Part shown: positions 1 to 7,648 of the stretch, piece after piece
Numbering within the stretch: position 1 is the first letter of the stretch
How the letters are laid out: every line of letters begins with the position of its first letter
NCBI GenBank assembly: GCA_016839445.1
Contig: JAEOUG010000157.1
Location: 1-12,553, forward strand
Reading direction: 5' to 3'
DNA length: 12,553 nt
Source of the DNA: Candidatus Thorarchaeota archaeon
GTDB taxonomy: Archaea > Asgardarchaeota > Thorarchaeia > Thorarchaeales > Thorarchaeaceae
Made by a program: the position numbers and the translations under genes
Notes under the pieces: generated by a model
Database searches by the model: none
What the model saw: the letters and a program-made list of their open reading frames with translations, nothing else
What the model was told of the DNA's origin: nothing

Positions 1-866
1 ATCCTCATCCGTTCTACTTCATCATTCAGCTGGCTCTGGAGTGCTACCAGCTCCTTTCCCAGCTGTTCCTTCTCGATGTTCAGTGCCTTGATATCAGTGT
101 CAATCTGTCTGACCTTGGAATCCATTGTGGGATCAGGAGCGAGTAGGGCACTCGGTGCGAGTGTGGACTCTGCGACCGAAACAGGCGATGCCGGGGGTTC
201 GGGTGTGGACGGTGCCATCACAGGAGGTTCGCTCTTGAGACTCTCATCAGCCGTAGGCGGTGAGTGCGGCTCACTGGGCTCAGCGCTGACCGGGGTTGGT
301 CCACCCGCCACGGGAGTCGCCTCTGGAGCTGCCTTTGCACGGGATTCGGCCTCTTTGACTCGCTGGAGAATCTGTTTCACGACCTCCTTGCCCTCATCAT
401 ACTCAACCTGCGCAGGTTCTGTCTCTGGAGGTGCTGATGAAGGAGGAGGTTCCACCAACTCAGGGAGGTCTTCTGCCGGGACAGGTTCAGATTCAGGCTC
501 AATCCGGACTTCGGCCTGCAGCTCTCGAAGCTCGCTTGCCCTCACCATCCGGTCATCGGTTTCCTCGGAACGCGCAAACGTTTCCTGAGCCTTCTCAGAC
601 TCCGTCTTGTCGACATGTCGTTCTGCCGTCAGAACGCGGTCCCTGGCCACCTCGCTGGGGCGCACGTGGTGGTCGCCTTCTGCGGAGGTCAGACTCTCGG
701 CCCTCGAGACTGGGGGAGCTTCTGGTTCAAGCACCTCATTCTCAACAGGGGTCTCAACGGTCTCGGTTTTCGCACTCTCTTCGCCCTTGATGAGAGAGCT
801 ACCACAACGGACGCAGTACTTACGAGTCACAGCATTTGCTCTTCCACACTTCGGACAAGTCTTCAA
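1..866 (-). CDS. Zinc-ribbon domain protein with Pro/Glu-rich disordered linker and coiled coil (partial; runs off the left edge)
   Basis: Hand translation, absent from the ORF track: TTG at 866 preceded by AAGGAG. Reads MKTCPKCGRANAVTRKYCVRCGSSL (CxxC-x10-CxxC), then E/P/A/S-rich low-complexity sequence, then heptads KVRQIDTDIKALNIEKEQLGKELVALQSQLNDEVERMR. No stop over ~288 codons. Confidence 0.9.
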   Translation of the reverse strand, partial: MKTCPKCGRANAVTRKYCVRCGSSLIKGEESAKTETVETPVENEVLEPEAPPVSRAESLTSAEGDHHVRPSEVARDRVLTAERHVDKTESEKAQETFARSEETDDRMVRASELRELQAEVRIEPESEPVPAEDLPELVEPPPSSAPPETEPAQVEYDEGKEVVKQILQRVKEAESRAKAAPEATPVAGGPTPVSAEPSEPHSPPTADESLKSEPPVMAPSTPEPPASPVSVAESTLAPSALLAPDPTMDSKVRQIDTDIKALNIEKEQLGKELVALQSQLNDEVERMR

Positions 867-915
867 CTTGTAGACACTCCTTGCACGCGTGAGTACCTGG
901 CATTATGTGGAACTG

Positions 916-930
916 ATTAGATATACGTTT
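916..930 (-). promoter_or_regulatory. Putative archaeal TATA-like box for the zinc-ribbon gene
   Basis: Minus strand AAACGTATATCTAAT, an AT-rich island about 50-60 nt upstream of the TTG at 866. Confidence 0.35.
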
Positions 931-1082
931 GGCACATGCTTCTTTCGCTGTTTTGAGGCTTGGAGAGAGACTGTAGCAGGTTGAGGAGCCCTGAGCAACA
1001 TGAAACAGTGCAGTCCTCCATCGAGCATCTTCACTTCTGGCCACCGTCACTGACACGGCGACGGGGAACACATGTGAGGGGA

Positions 1083-1107
1083 CAAGAGGGGAGGCGCCTC
1101 CCCCTTG
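1083..1107 (-). terminator. GC-rich palindrome/hairpin, probable terminator of the large surface-protein gene
   Basis: Perfect 16-bp palindrome GGGGAGGCGCCTCCCC at 1088-1103, extendable with CAAG/CTTG via one bulge. Begins ~7 nt after the TAG at 1114-1116 and is followed on the minus strand by a pyrimidine-rich tract. Confidence 0.55.
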
Positions 1108-1113
1108 AAGCCT

Positions 1114-4071
1114 CTACTTGTTCTTCTTAGACCTCACGACATAGATACCGACCATGAGGCCTCCTGCCGCGAGGGCTCCAGCTGCAGCGAGTCCTAATGC
1201 CCAATTCACAAGGGCATCAGTCGTTGTTCCAGTAGTAGTCCCAGATGATGTTGTGGAGGTCGTTTCGGTGGTGGTTCCTGTCGTTGTGGCGGTAGTTGTG
1301 GTAGTAGAGGTCGTTGTTGTCACGACTTCGTTCACCGTGACCCAAACCGTGTCGAAGACCCAGTTGTCGCTCGTGTCGTAGATGACGCACGTGAAGTTGT
1401 ACAAACCAGGTTCGAGATAGTCGAGTGTGACGTTGACAGTCGAGTTCCCACTGAAGATGCCTGAGTACTCTGCCGTTCCATTGACGAGGACCTCGTATTC
1501 GTCGATTCCTCTCAAGTCGTCTGCGTCCCATGCCACCCAGTTGCCTGACTCACCCTCGTCAAACTCGACATCTGAAGGCGAGGTGATAAGCGGCGGCACG
1601 GTGTCGATCACTGTCACGTTGATGGAGTCTGATGCAGTGTTGCCGGCTTCATCGTATGCTATTGCTGTCAATGTATGCATTCCGAGGGGCCAATTGTCAA
1701 AGGTGATGTTGAAGGACCAAGGAGCACCGAACTTTGTGGCAACCCATTCTACACCTCTGAAGACCTCAACCCGGTCTACTCCAGACCCGGCATCTGTCGC
1801 AGTGGCTGAAAACAATGTATCGCCTTCAACCTCAGCCATGTCGATTGGAGCGTCAATGCTCAGTGTCGGATCAACATCATCGTCGACTGTGTAGCGATAC
1901 AATGTGCCTCCATTGTCATCAGTAGAATGTAGACCTGCATGGTCCCAGGCCGTCACTTCGACGAGCACTTCTGTACCATAAGGAAGGGCAGGTATGTCTG
2001 CCAAGTAGTACGTACCCATATCTGTGGCATAGCTCCGGTCCCAGCCGGTACCGTTGTAGTAGTCGATGTATGCTTCACTGATTCCTGTACGTTCATCATA
2101 TGCGGTGAAATTCACCTGCACAGAGTCGTAGTACATTGGAGATGATGGCAGGAAGGAGATACTATCAATCACAGGAGGCGCCCCATCAACGAAGTGCATC
2201 TCGTCGAAAAGGAGCACTAGACGATCATTGGTCCCAACGGACATCCTTAGGACAATCTGTTCGATCACTAGAGCTGGCGCTGGACCGAATGCCGCCTCAT
2301 AGTCGGCAGTCATGTTCCGTTCAAGAAGATTCCAAGAACCTGTCGTGTTGAATGATTCAACGTAGAATGTGCACCACGAACTGCCATTCCCAAAGGGTTG
2401 GTTTGATCCTCCCCCTAGAAGATAGTTGAAATAGTCGCCAGTAGTGAAGAGTATTCGAATTATGGCCCAGGCATCTTCGTTTCCGATTTCGTCAATGCGC
2501 CATGCGAATCTGGTTGTGTCATTCGGATTTACCGGCACATCTTCATCACGATAGACGCCTACCGTGTTCAAGTAGACTCCAGAAAGGTTGCAGGCATAAC
2601 TCCCTTGATAGGCATCAGTTGTTCTGCGAATATTGTCCAGGCCGCCGTTGTACTGGTCCCATCCGGCGAATGGCGTAGCGCCATCGTTGTACCAGTCCTC
2701 TTCAAATCCTGGGTCGCCAAGTGGATAGGTCGTAATCTGGAAGTCATCGACCAGGAGAAAGACGGATGCCCCAGGAGCCCAATTCGCCACGTAGAACGAA
2801 GTCTGATACAGTGAAACATTGTAGAAGCCAGCAGAACTCACATAGTCGTAGACGTCAAAACGTGAGTGATGCCACACATCCTTTGCTCCGAATCCAGGGA
2901 TCTCAAAGCTGTGAGTCGTCGTGTAGTTCGTTGAGTGCAATACATTGTCCTGAGTGCCGATGTAGTAGTAGGTGTAGTAGTAGCTGGTCTGATTTCTGAA
3001 TCTCAACTCGAGGTAGGCATACTGATTGCCGCCTCCGGCTGACGAGTCATTGTACTTCCAATCTAGGTCAATATACATCATTCCCGGAGATGACGCGAAG
3101 TACCCCCCTGGATAGTCTAGGCTTCTGTAGACTTGGACACTGCCTCCTCCAACCGTATTCAGAGGCACGCTCATGTTCATTGAATAGGTCCCAAGCGTAC
3201 TGTCCGTGCTCTGCTCCAAATAGCCCATTGAACCATCAGAATAGTCCCATGAAGTCGAGTCTCCCGTTTCGAAGTCGCCATTGCCAATCCAATCTGAGTA
3301 GATGCCATCCGTTAGGACGACATTGTCGAAGGCGACTCTGGTTATCCCGGTTGTGCCGGCGGGGCTGTAGGTTCGAAGTCGCACCAGGACGACGCGTTGG
3401 CTGCTGGACAGGTCTCCAGCACCCCATACTTCGACATAGTCATCCGTTATGTTCCGGTTGAAGGAATGCCATTCATTGAGTGTGTCATTCAGATAGTATG
3501 TTGCATCGATAGTCCCGTTTGACCCAGTACTCGATCTTGAGAGTGTGTAGAAGAAATTGCGATAGGCTGAGGCCCCATCCCAGGTTTGAACCTCGACATA
3601 CACATATCCACCAACAGCATAAACAGGATGCTCAAGGACATTCCAGTCAAAGGAGAGGAATATACCGGGTTCAACAAGAGCAGGGGGAGATGCGGCGATA
3701 TTCGTACCCACGAGCCCTCCAGCGCTTGAGGTTCCTGAAGCCTCGGTTTCGATCAGGACCGCGAAATTGCCTGTTACTCCCGGGTCGTAATAATCAAAGA
3801 TTGCGTTGCGATATGTCGATGCAAATGCATTGTCATAGTCTGCCGGCATATCGCCAGCCCAGTTCTCGAAGCTGGGATTCGGATTCACATTGATCATCAT
3901 GTTTCCAGATGAGTCTAGTTCGTCTGAAACCTGAGGTGCGTCAACAGGCACTCCAGTTGTCTGTAAAGACGAGTCGCCAGCTGTAGGCATCATTGGCGCA
4001 TCGATCTGATTACACAGCGTACCAACAAATAGGACTGCTAGAACTAACACGATAGCGTGCTTTCCTTTCAT
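1114..4071 (-). CDS. Large membrane-anchored cell-surface glycoprotein: three CBM/jelly-roll-like repeats, Ig-like stalk domains, Thr-rich linker, C-terminal TM anchor
   Basis: ORF 1114..4080; ATG at 4071 preferred (GAGGAG 8 nt upstream), giving ~985 aa. Signal peptide MKGKHAIVLVLAVLFVGTLC. Repeats start NPSFE / NGDFE / DPGFE and end FDNVVL / VDDFQI / FDEMHF. Ig-like D-x-x-P-P...D-x-A-G-N modules, a TTTTSTTTT linker, TM helix + RSKKNK. About 20 N-x-S/T sequons. Confidence 0.9.
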   Translation of the reverse strand: MKGKHAIVLVLAVLFVGTLCNQIDAPMMPTAGDSSLQTTGVPVDAPQVSDELDSSGNMMINVNPNPSFENWAGDMPADYDNAFASTYRNAIFDYYDPGVTGNFAVLIETEASGTSSAGGLVGTNIAASPPALVEPGIFLSFDWNVLEHPVYAVGGYVYVEVQTWDGASAYRNFFYTLSRSSTGSNGTIDATYYLNDTLNEWHSFNRNITDDYVEVWGAGDLSSSQRVVLVRLRTYSPAGTTGITRVAFDNVVLTDGIYSDWIGNGDFETGDSTSWDYSDGSMGYLEQSTDSTLGTYSMNMSVPLNTVGGGSVQVYRSLDYPGGYFASSPGMMYIDLDWKYNDSSAGGGNQYAYLELRFRNQTSYYYTYYYIGTQDNVLHSTNYTTTHSFEIPGFGAKDVWHHSRFDVYDYVSSAGFYNVSLYQTSFYVANWAPGASVFLLVDDFQITTYPLGDPGFEEDWYNDGATPFAGWDQYNGGLDNIRRTTDAYQGSYACNLSGVYLNTVGVYRDEDVPVNPNDTTRFAWRIDEIGNEDAWAIIRILFTTGDYFNYLLGGGSNQPFGNGSSWCTFYVESFNTTGSWNLLERNMTADYEAAFGPAPALVIEQIVLRMSVGTNDRLVLLFDEMHFVDGAPPVIDSISFLPSSPMYYDSVQVNFTAYDERTGISEAYIDYYNGTGWDRSYATDMGTYYLADIPALPYGTEVLVEVTAWDHAGLHSTDDNGGTLYRYTVDDDVDPTLSIDAPIDMAEVEGDTLFSATATDAGSGVDRVEVFRGVEWVATKFGAPWSFNITFDNWPLGMHTLTAIAYDEAGNTASDSINVTVIDTVPPLITSPSDVEFDEGESGNWVAWDADDLRGIDEYEVLVNGTAEYSGIFSGNSTVNVTLDYLEPGLYNFTCVIYDTSDNWVFDTVWVTVNEVVTTTTSTTTTTATTTGTTTETTSTTSSGTTTGTTTDALVNWALGLAAAGALAAGGLMVGIYVVRSKKNK

Positions 4072-4127
4072 TTCCCTCACTCCTCACGCAAGTAGCAAGA
4101 AGGATAGCATCGCGACTATGGGGCACA

Positions 4128-4138
4128 CTATATATTTG
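4128..4138 (-). promoter_or_regulatory. Putative TATA box for the surface-protein gene (divergent intergenic region 4072-4297)
   Basis: Minus strand CAAATATATAG ~60 nt upstream of ATG 4071. A plus-strand AATTTAAG at ~4228-4235 could serve the divergent gene. Confidence 0.45.
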
Positions 4139-4297
4139 GTCGCACAGAATTACTGTGCATATGAAAGAATAGCTGGTTGTTAGACTAACCCAGTTTCCGA
4201 GTTCGTCCCACGAGCTTCTTCGATGGTAATTTAAGCAGATAATCGATTATGTAAGTAGTGTCCGCATCATTCTCACGCGGAGGTGTCATCAGGAACC

Positions 4298-4738
4298 ATG
4301 ATGCAGGGAATACTGGACCTCGCACGAGTCTTCGCGTATCTCTTCCTGACAGGTCTACCAGTTTCAGTCGGCGTCGCCGTTGTGTATGGATTCGCCTTGG
4401 ACCGCCAAAGGAAGAAGGCTGTAAGAAGGGCGAAGGAGGCAGGAGTAGACTTCACTCCGAAGCCAGTTCCGGGTCCTTCAGTCCCAGAGATAGAGGGCGC
4501 TATCTACTGTGTTGGAATCATCGTGGTCGGAGCTATCATTGTGGTGGCCGCTGTTCTCGGCGTCTCGTTGCCTCTTGATTTGTCCGAGGACATGGAAAAC
4601 ATAATCGGAACAGTTGTCTCTGGCTTCCTTGCCGTACTCCTTTGGGCAGTTGTGATATGGAGCCCGTACTTCTACAAGGCGGACCGGCGGCGCCTTGAGC
4701 AAGACCTCGAAGAAGCGATGAGCAGGAAGGCCCTCTGA
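4298..4738 (+). CDS. Hypothetical integral membrane protein (about 3 TM helices)
   Basis: ORF 4283..4738; ATG at 4298 or 4301 likely, with GGAGGTG at 4279-4285. Three hydrophobic stretches (VFAYLFLTGLPVSVGVAVVYGFAL; AIYCVGIIVVGAIIVVAAVLGV; IIGTVVSGFLAVLLWAVVIW) with a basic loop after TM1 and a charged tail. Confidence 0.75.
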   Translation: MMQGILDLARVFAYLFLTGLPVSVGVAVVYGFALDRQRKKAVRRAKEAGVDFTPKPVPGPSVPEIEGAIYCVGIIVVGAIIVVAAVLGVSLPLDLSEDMENIIGTVVSGFLAVLLWAVVIWSPYFYKADRRRLEQDLEEAMSRKAL

Positions 4739-4772
4739 GATAAGAAGCCAGACCAGGAATCGCGACACAATA

Positions 4773-5489
4773 CTATAGTATCAGATACGGTACTATCGAG
4801 TATCCACTGAAGAGCACACCAGTCAGATTGAGAAAGACATGGATGATTCCCAAGGGCCACATGCTTCCGGTTCTTCTGTAGAGAAAGATGTATCCAATGG
4901 GCATGATGAACTGGATGGCAAAGAAGACCTGTGTGAAGATGAGCACGTACGCGCTCTCCAACAGAAACTTGGCCCAGAACAATGCATGAATCAGACCGAT
5001 TAGAGCAATGTATAGGGCGCCACCGATGAAGACCATCACATAACGCCTGCGCCCCTCCTTGTAGAACTCCGCAAAGGAGTCGAATGTATACAGCCAGATG
5101 AGCTGTTCAGAGAAGGCATTCATTGGGGCCCAGACTGCAAGGGTCAGAATCCAGCCAATTGGGTTGACTGTTTCTATCCTGATCAGGGTGAACCAAGATG
5201 TCACGACAAGTACTGCTTGAAGCAGGAATAGGACCCAGAAGAGTGGTGTCAAGTAGCGTCTGAATTGGCTTCGGATGTTCCCCCATTCTATCTTATAGTC
5301 AAGGCTTCCTCGACGCCATCTCACAATCGGAATGGCAAAGAGACCATAGTAGATGGCCATGGGCAACAGGGCACCTGTGAGATCGAAGAGGTAGCCAGCA
5401 GCTATTGGCATCACAAGTGCAGCGATGATTGCTAGCGCAAGATCGGTCGATTTGGGGCGGTAATTCTCAAAGACATAATCAGTCGCCAT
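4773..5489 (-). CDS. CPBP family (Abi / type II CAAX protease, Rce1-like) intramembrane glutamic endopeptidase
   Basis: Multi-TM protein; ATG at 5489 with GGGAG upstream (ORF track starts at 5498). Motifs FSEQLIW (variant of EExxxR), GLIH (FxxxH position) and YRRTGSMWPLGIIHVFLN (typical Y-x-R-T-G-S...HxxxN). Confidence 0.8.
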   Translation of the reverse strand: MATDYVFENYRPKSTDLALAIIAALVMPIAAGYLFDLTGALLPMAIYYGLFAIPIVRWRRGSLDYKIEWGNIRSQFRRYLTPLFWVLFLLQAVLVVTSWFTLIRIETVNPIGWILTLAVWAPMNAFSEQLIWLYTFDSFAEFYKEGRRRYVMVFIGGALYIALIGLIHALFWAKFLLESAYVLIFTQVFFAIQFIMPIGYIFLYRRTGSMWPLGIIHVFLNLTGVLFSGYSIVPYLIL

Positions 5490-5518
5490 CTGACGCACTC
5501 CCGCAAGATTTCACTATA

Positions 5519-5531
5519 GTTAATATATATG
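5519..5531 (-). promoter_or_regulatory. Putative TATA box for the CPBP gene
   Basis: Minus strand CATATATATTAAC ~30-40 nt upstream of ATG 5489. Confidence 0.5.
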
Positions 5532-5590
5532 GGTTGCTATATGGCGCAGGCTGATTGTGCCAGCCATTACCTCGCCAGAAGTCTGGTGAA

Positions 5591-7483
5591 TCAGACAGAA
5601 TCCGCCTCGGATCTTGCACGAGTGAATAGGACTACTGCGGCCAGAATGATGCCGCCCCCGACTATCGCCAAGGACACGAAGTAGAGTTCGTATCTTGGCG
5701 GGATGACAGACAGGTTCTCAAGATTCATCATGTAGAATCGGTAGTGGAATGTCCCATCCTTCTCCGGTGTGTAGGGGTTTCTCGTCAACCAGCTCTCAAC
5801 TGTGAACCCATCAATTGCATAGCCCGATTGATTCTGGAAGACCCTGTTGCGGGGCATGGTGTCAAATGCATCTTCGGGCACCTGGTCTGCCGAGAAGGAG
5901 CTTGTGCGAGCCTGTACAAGGTTCCTCCCCCAGAATCGCAGTACTGCGTCGTCAAACGACTCGCTTGTGGAGTGGACCTCGATTGTAACGTTGTATGTTG
6001 GCGTTGGCAGAGTCGTCCCAACGAAGGGGACTATCTCGCGTGTAGCCTGTATGTGAGACTCGATTGCTTCGACGATGTTCTTCGCATTTGGAATGCCAGG
6101 TCCAACAATCCAGTCTATATGCACGTCGAGCGGGGTCGAGAAGTTGGACCAATCGGTCGTCTTGCGGGGGATGCCAATCTCTGTCGAAAGCTCATCTAGC
6201 TCTGCGTCAGTATCAGAGAGAAGCGTCCTCAGTTGGTCAAATTGGTAGTCAATCAGCATATCAGACGCACTTGACAAGCCGTTCTCTAACGTGTCGAGGG
6301 CGGCTTCATGAGAGACCTCGAGAGAGAACCCGCGGAAGTACTCGATCTCATCCAAGTACCTTCCCATAAGTTGGAGTCCTTGGGCATTGTTGATGAGGTC
6401 CTTGTCGAACCCGTCAAAACCAGCGGGCTGCTGGTACGCGGCCATAACAGACATGCACGAGCTGGCTGCAAGCCAGCCGAACTCAGAGTGGATATCGGTC
6501 TGCCCTGCGCAGTGTCCGAGCTCGTGTATCACTGTAGGGGTAATAGCTATTCGGGGCAGGCCAGGGTCGCCGCCATAGAAGTACGAGAAGACATTCCTGC
6601 CGTTGAGGTTCCAGGACCCGACCTCAGGGTAGGCTGAGTGTATACGTCCCAAGCCTCCAACGGCCATACTGTAGTAGACCGACCATAGAGTAAGGTCTTG
6701 AAGCATAACCAATGATGGAAGGACCATGTCAGCTGTTTCGTATCGTGGGTCTGTGTAGATGATGCTGTGGAGAATGGCATCAGCGCGCTCTAGGAAGTTG
6801 TCGTCGATCATGAGGCGGACATCCAGTGTCTTGTCCTCAACCAGGTCTGCGAAGACAGATGCGTTATCGAAGTTGTACCAGAAAAGCTCGGTATCCCAGG
6901 TGACCAAGGGAAAGGCCTCGTTGAAGGTGTCCTCAACCAGCTGTGAGTCGATCACCCAGGTCCGCATGTCTTCCTCATCATAGGACTCGTTGAAGTTGTA
7001 CATGACCACGATAGGAATGAACACCTCGTAGGGAGCATCGAAATTCTTCACGTAGTCTGTAGCAGTGTAGTTTCGTTCCACGTCAACGTATGAGTGGGGC
7101 TTCTCAAGCCGCCCAGTAATCATCTCAAAGAGATACTCAAGCTGCCCTGTCAGATTAGTCAAATCCATCTCCTTATCGTGTTCAGGAACTGGCCAACCAT
7201 AGACGTACTCAACCCAATCAGTCAGCCACTCTACTGCCCCGAAGTCGAGGAAGTAGTTCCTACTGTCGCTGTTGAATCCCCGTAGAGGAAGAGAATACGG
7301 AACGTCAACCAGAGAGAAGAAGGGCACCCAATCATCTGAAGAATCTAGATCGAAAGAGTCACCAATGTACCAGTAGTTGAGAGGCGACCCATCTTCTGCT
7401 GCGAACACATGGTGCCCCATCCCTACTCCAAAGAGCATCATAAGACTGAGGAATGCCAGCAACCGGACCCTAGAGCAACTCAT
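5591..7483 (-). CDS. Secreted, C-terminally membrane-anchored zinc metallopeptidase (metzincin-like, HExxHxxGxxD)
   Basis: 630 aa. Signal peptide ending HVFA; HELGHCAGQTD at 6526-6494; downstream Met-turn-like SCMSVMAAY; C-terminal TM LYFVSLAIVGGGIILAAVVLFT followed by RAR. Confidence 0.85.
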   Translation of the reverse strand: MSCSRVRLLAFLSLMMLFGVGMGHHVFAAEDGSPLNYWYIGDSFDLDSSDDWVPFFSLVDVPYSLPLRGFNSDSRNYFLDFGAVEWLTDWVEYVYGWPVPEHDKEMDLTNLTGQLEYLFEMITGRLEKPHSYVDVERNYTATDYVKNFDAPYEVFIPIVVMYNFNESYDEEDMRTWVIDSQLVEDTFNEAFPLVTWDTELFWYNFDNASVFADLVEDKTLDVRLMIDDNFLERADAILHSIIYTDPRYETADMVLPSLVMLQDLTLWSVYYSMAVGGLGRIHSAYPEVGSWNLNGRNVFSYFYGGDPGLPRIAITPTVIHELGHCAGQTDIHSEFGWLAASSCMSVMAAYQQPAGFDGFDKDLINNAQGLQLMGRYLDEIEYFRGFSLEVSHEAALDTLENGLSSASDMLIDYQFDQLRTLLSDTDAELDELSTEIGIPRKTTDWSNFSTPLDVHIDWIVGPGIPNAKNIVEAIESHIQATREIVPFVGTTLPTPTYNVTIEVHSTSESFDDAVLRFWGRNLVQARTSSFSADQVPEDAFDTMPRNRVFQNQSGYAIDGFTVESWLTRNPYTPEKDGTFHYRFYMMNLENLSVIPPRYELYFVSLAIVGGGIILAAVVLFTRARSEADSV

Positions 7484-7510
7484 GAGAATCCTTCAATGTG
7501 TCAAGGTTCC

Positions 7511-7523
7511 GATTTATTAGTGG
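7511..7523. promoter_or_regulatory. AT-rich TATA-like element between the divergent metallopeptidase and methyltransferase genes
   Basis: GATTTATTAGTGG reads TTTATTAG on + and TAATAAAT on -, ~30 nt upstream of ATG 7483. Confidence 0.4.
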
Positions 7524-7648
7524 TTACTTCCAAGCAGGCTGACTGACCTTGAGGAGAACACGGTTGGTGAAGCAGGAGATTCCTCAACTTACGTAGTTCA
7601 AAGGATTGATGTCAACGAAGAATCCACAGACTGTCGAGGCAACCTGAG

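Noticed and set aside
1044-1064. 7-bp stem-loop on the minus strand (CCGTCGC/GTGACGG) in the ~250-nt intergenic region, as a possible ncRNA
   Set aside because: A single short stem with a G-U pair; no tRNA, C/D-box or riboswitch features recognised.
76-1071. Plus-strand ORFs 76..588, 431..790, 607..873, 615..920 and minus ORF 820..1071
   Set aside because: Shadow or overlapping frames of the Zn-ribbon gene. The S/G-rich composition is the antisense of an E/P-rich protein, and none has a recognisable motif.
1215-1325. Imperfect GTN trinucleotide periodicity resembling a tandem repeat or array
   Set aside because: Explained by ACN Thr codons of the linker; no fixed repeat unit or spacers, so not a CRISPR or VNTR.
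1154-3893. Many 60-155 aa ORFs inside the large surface-protein gene, including the poly-Val ORF 1154..1381
   Set aside because: Antisense or alternate-frame by-products; the poly-Val is simply the complement of the Thr-rich linker.
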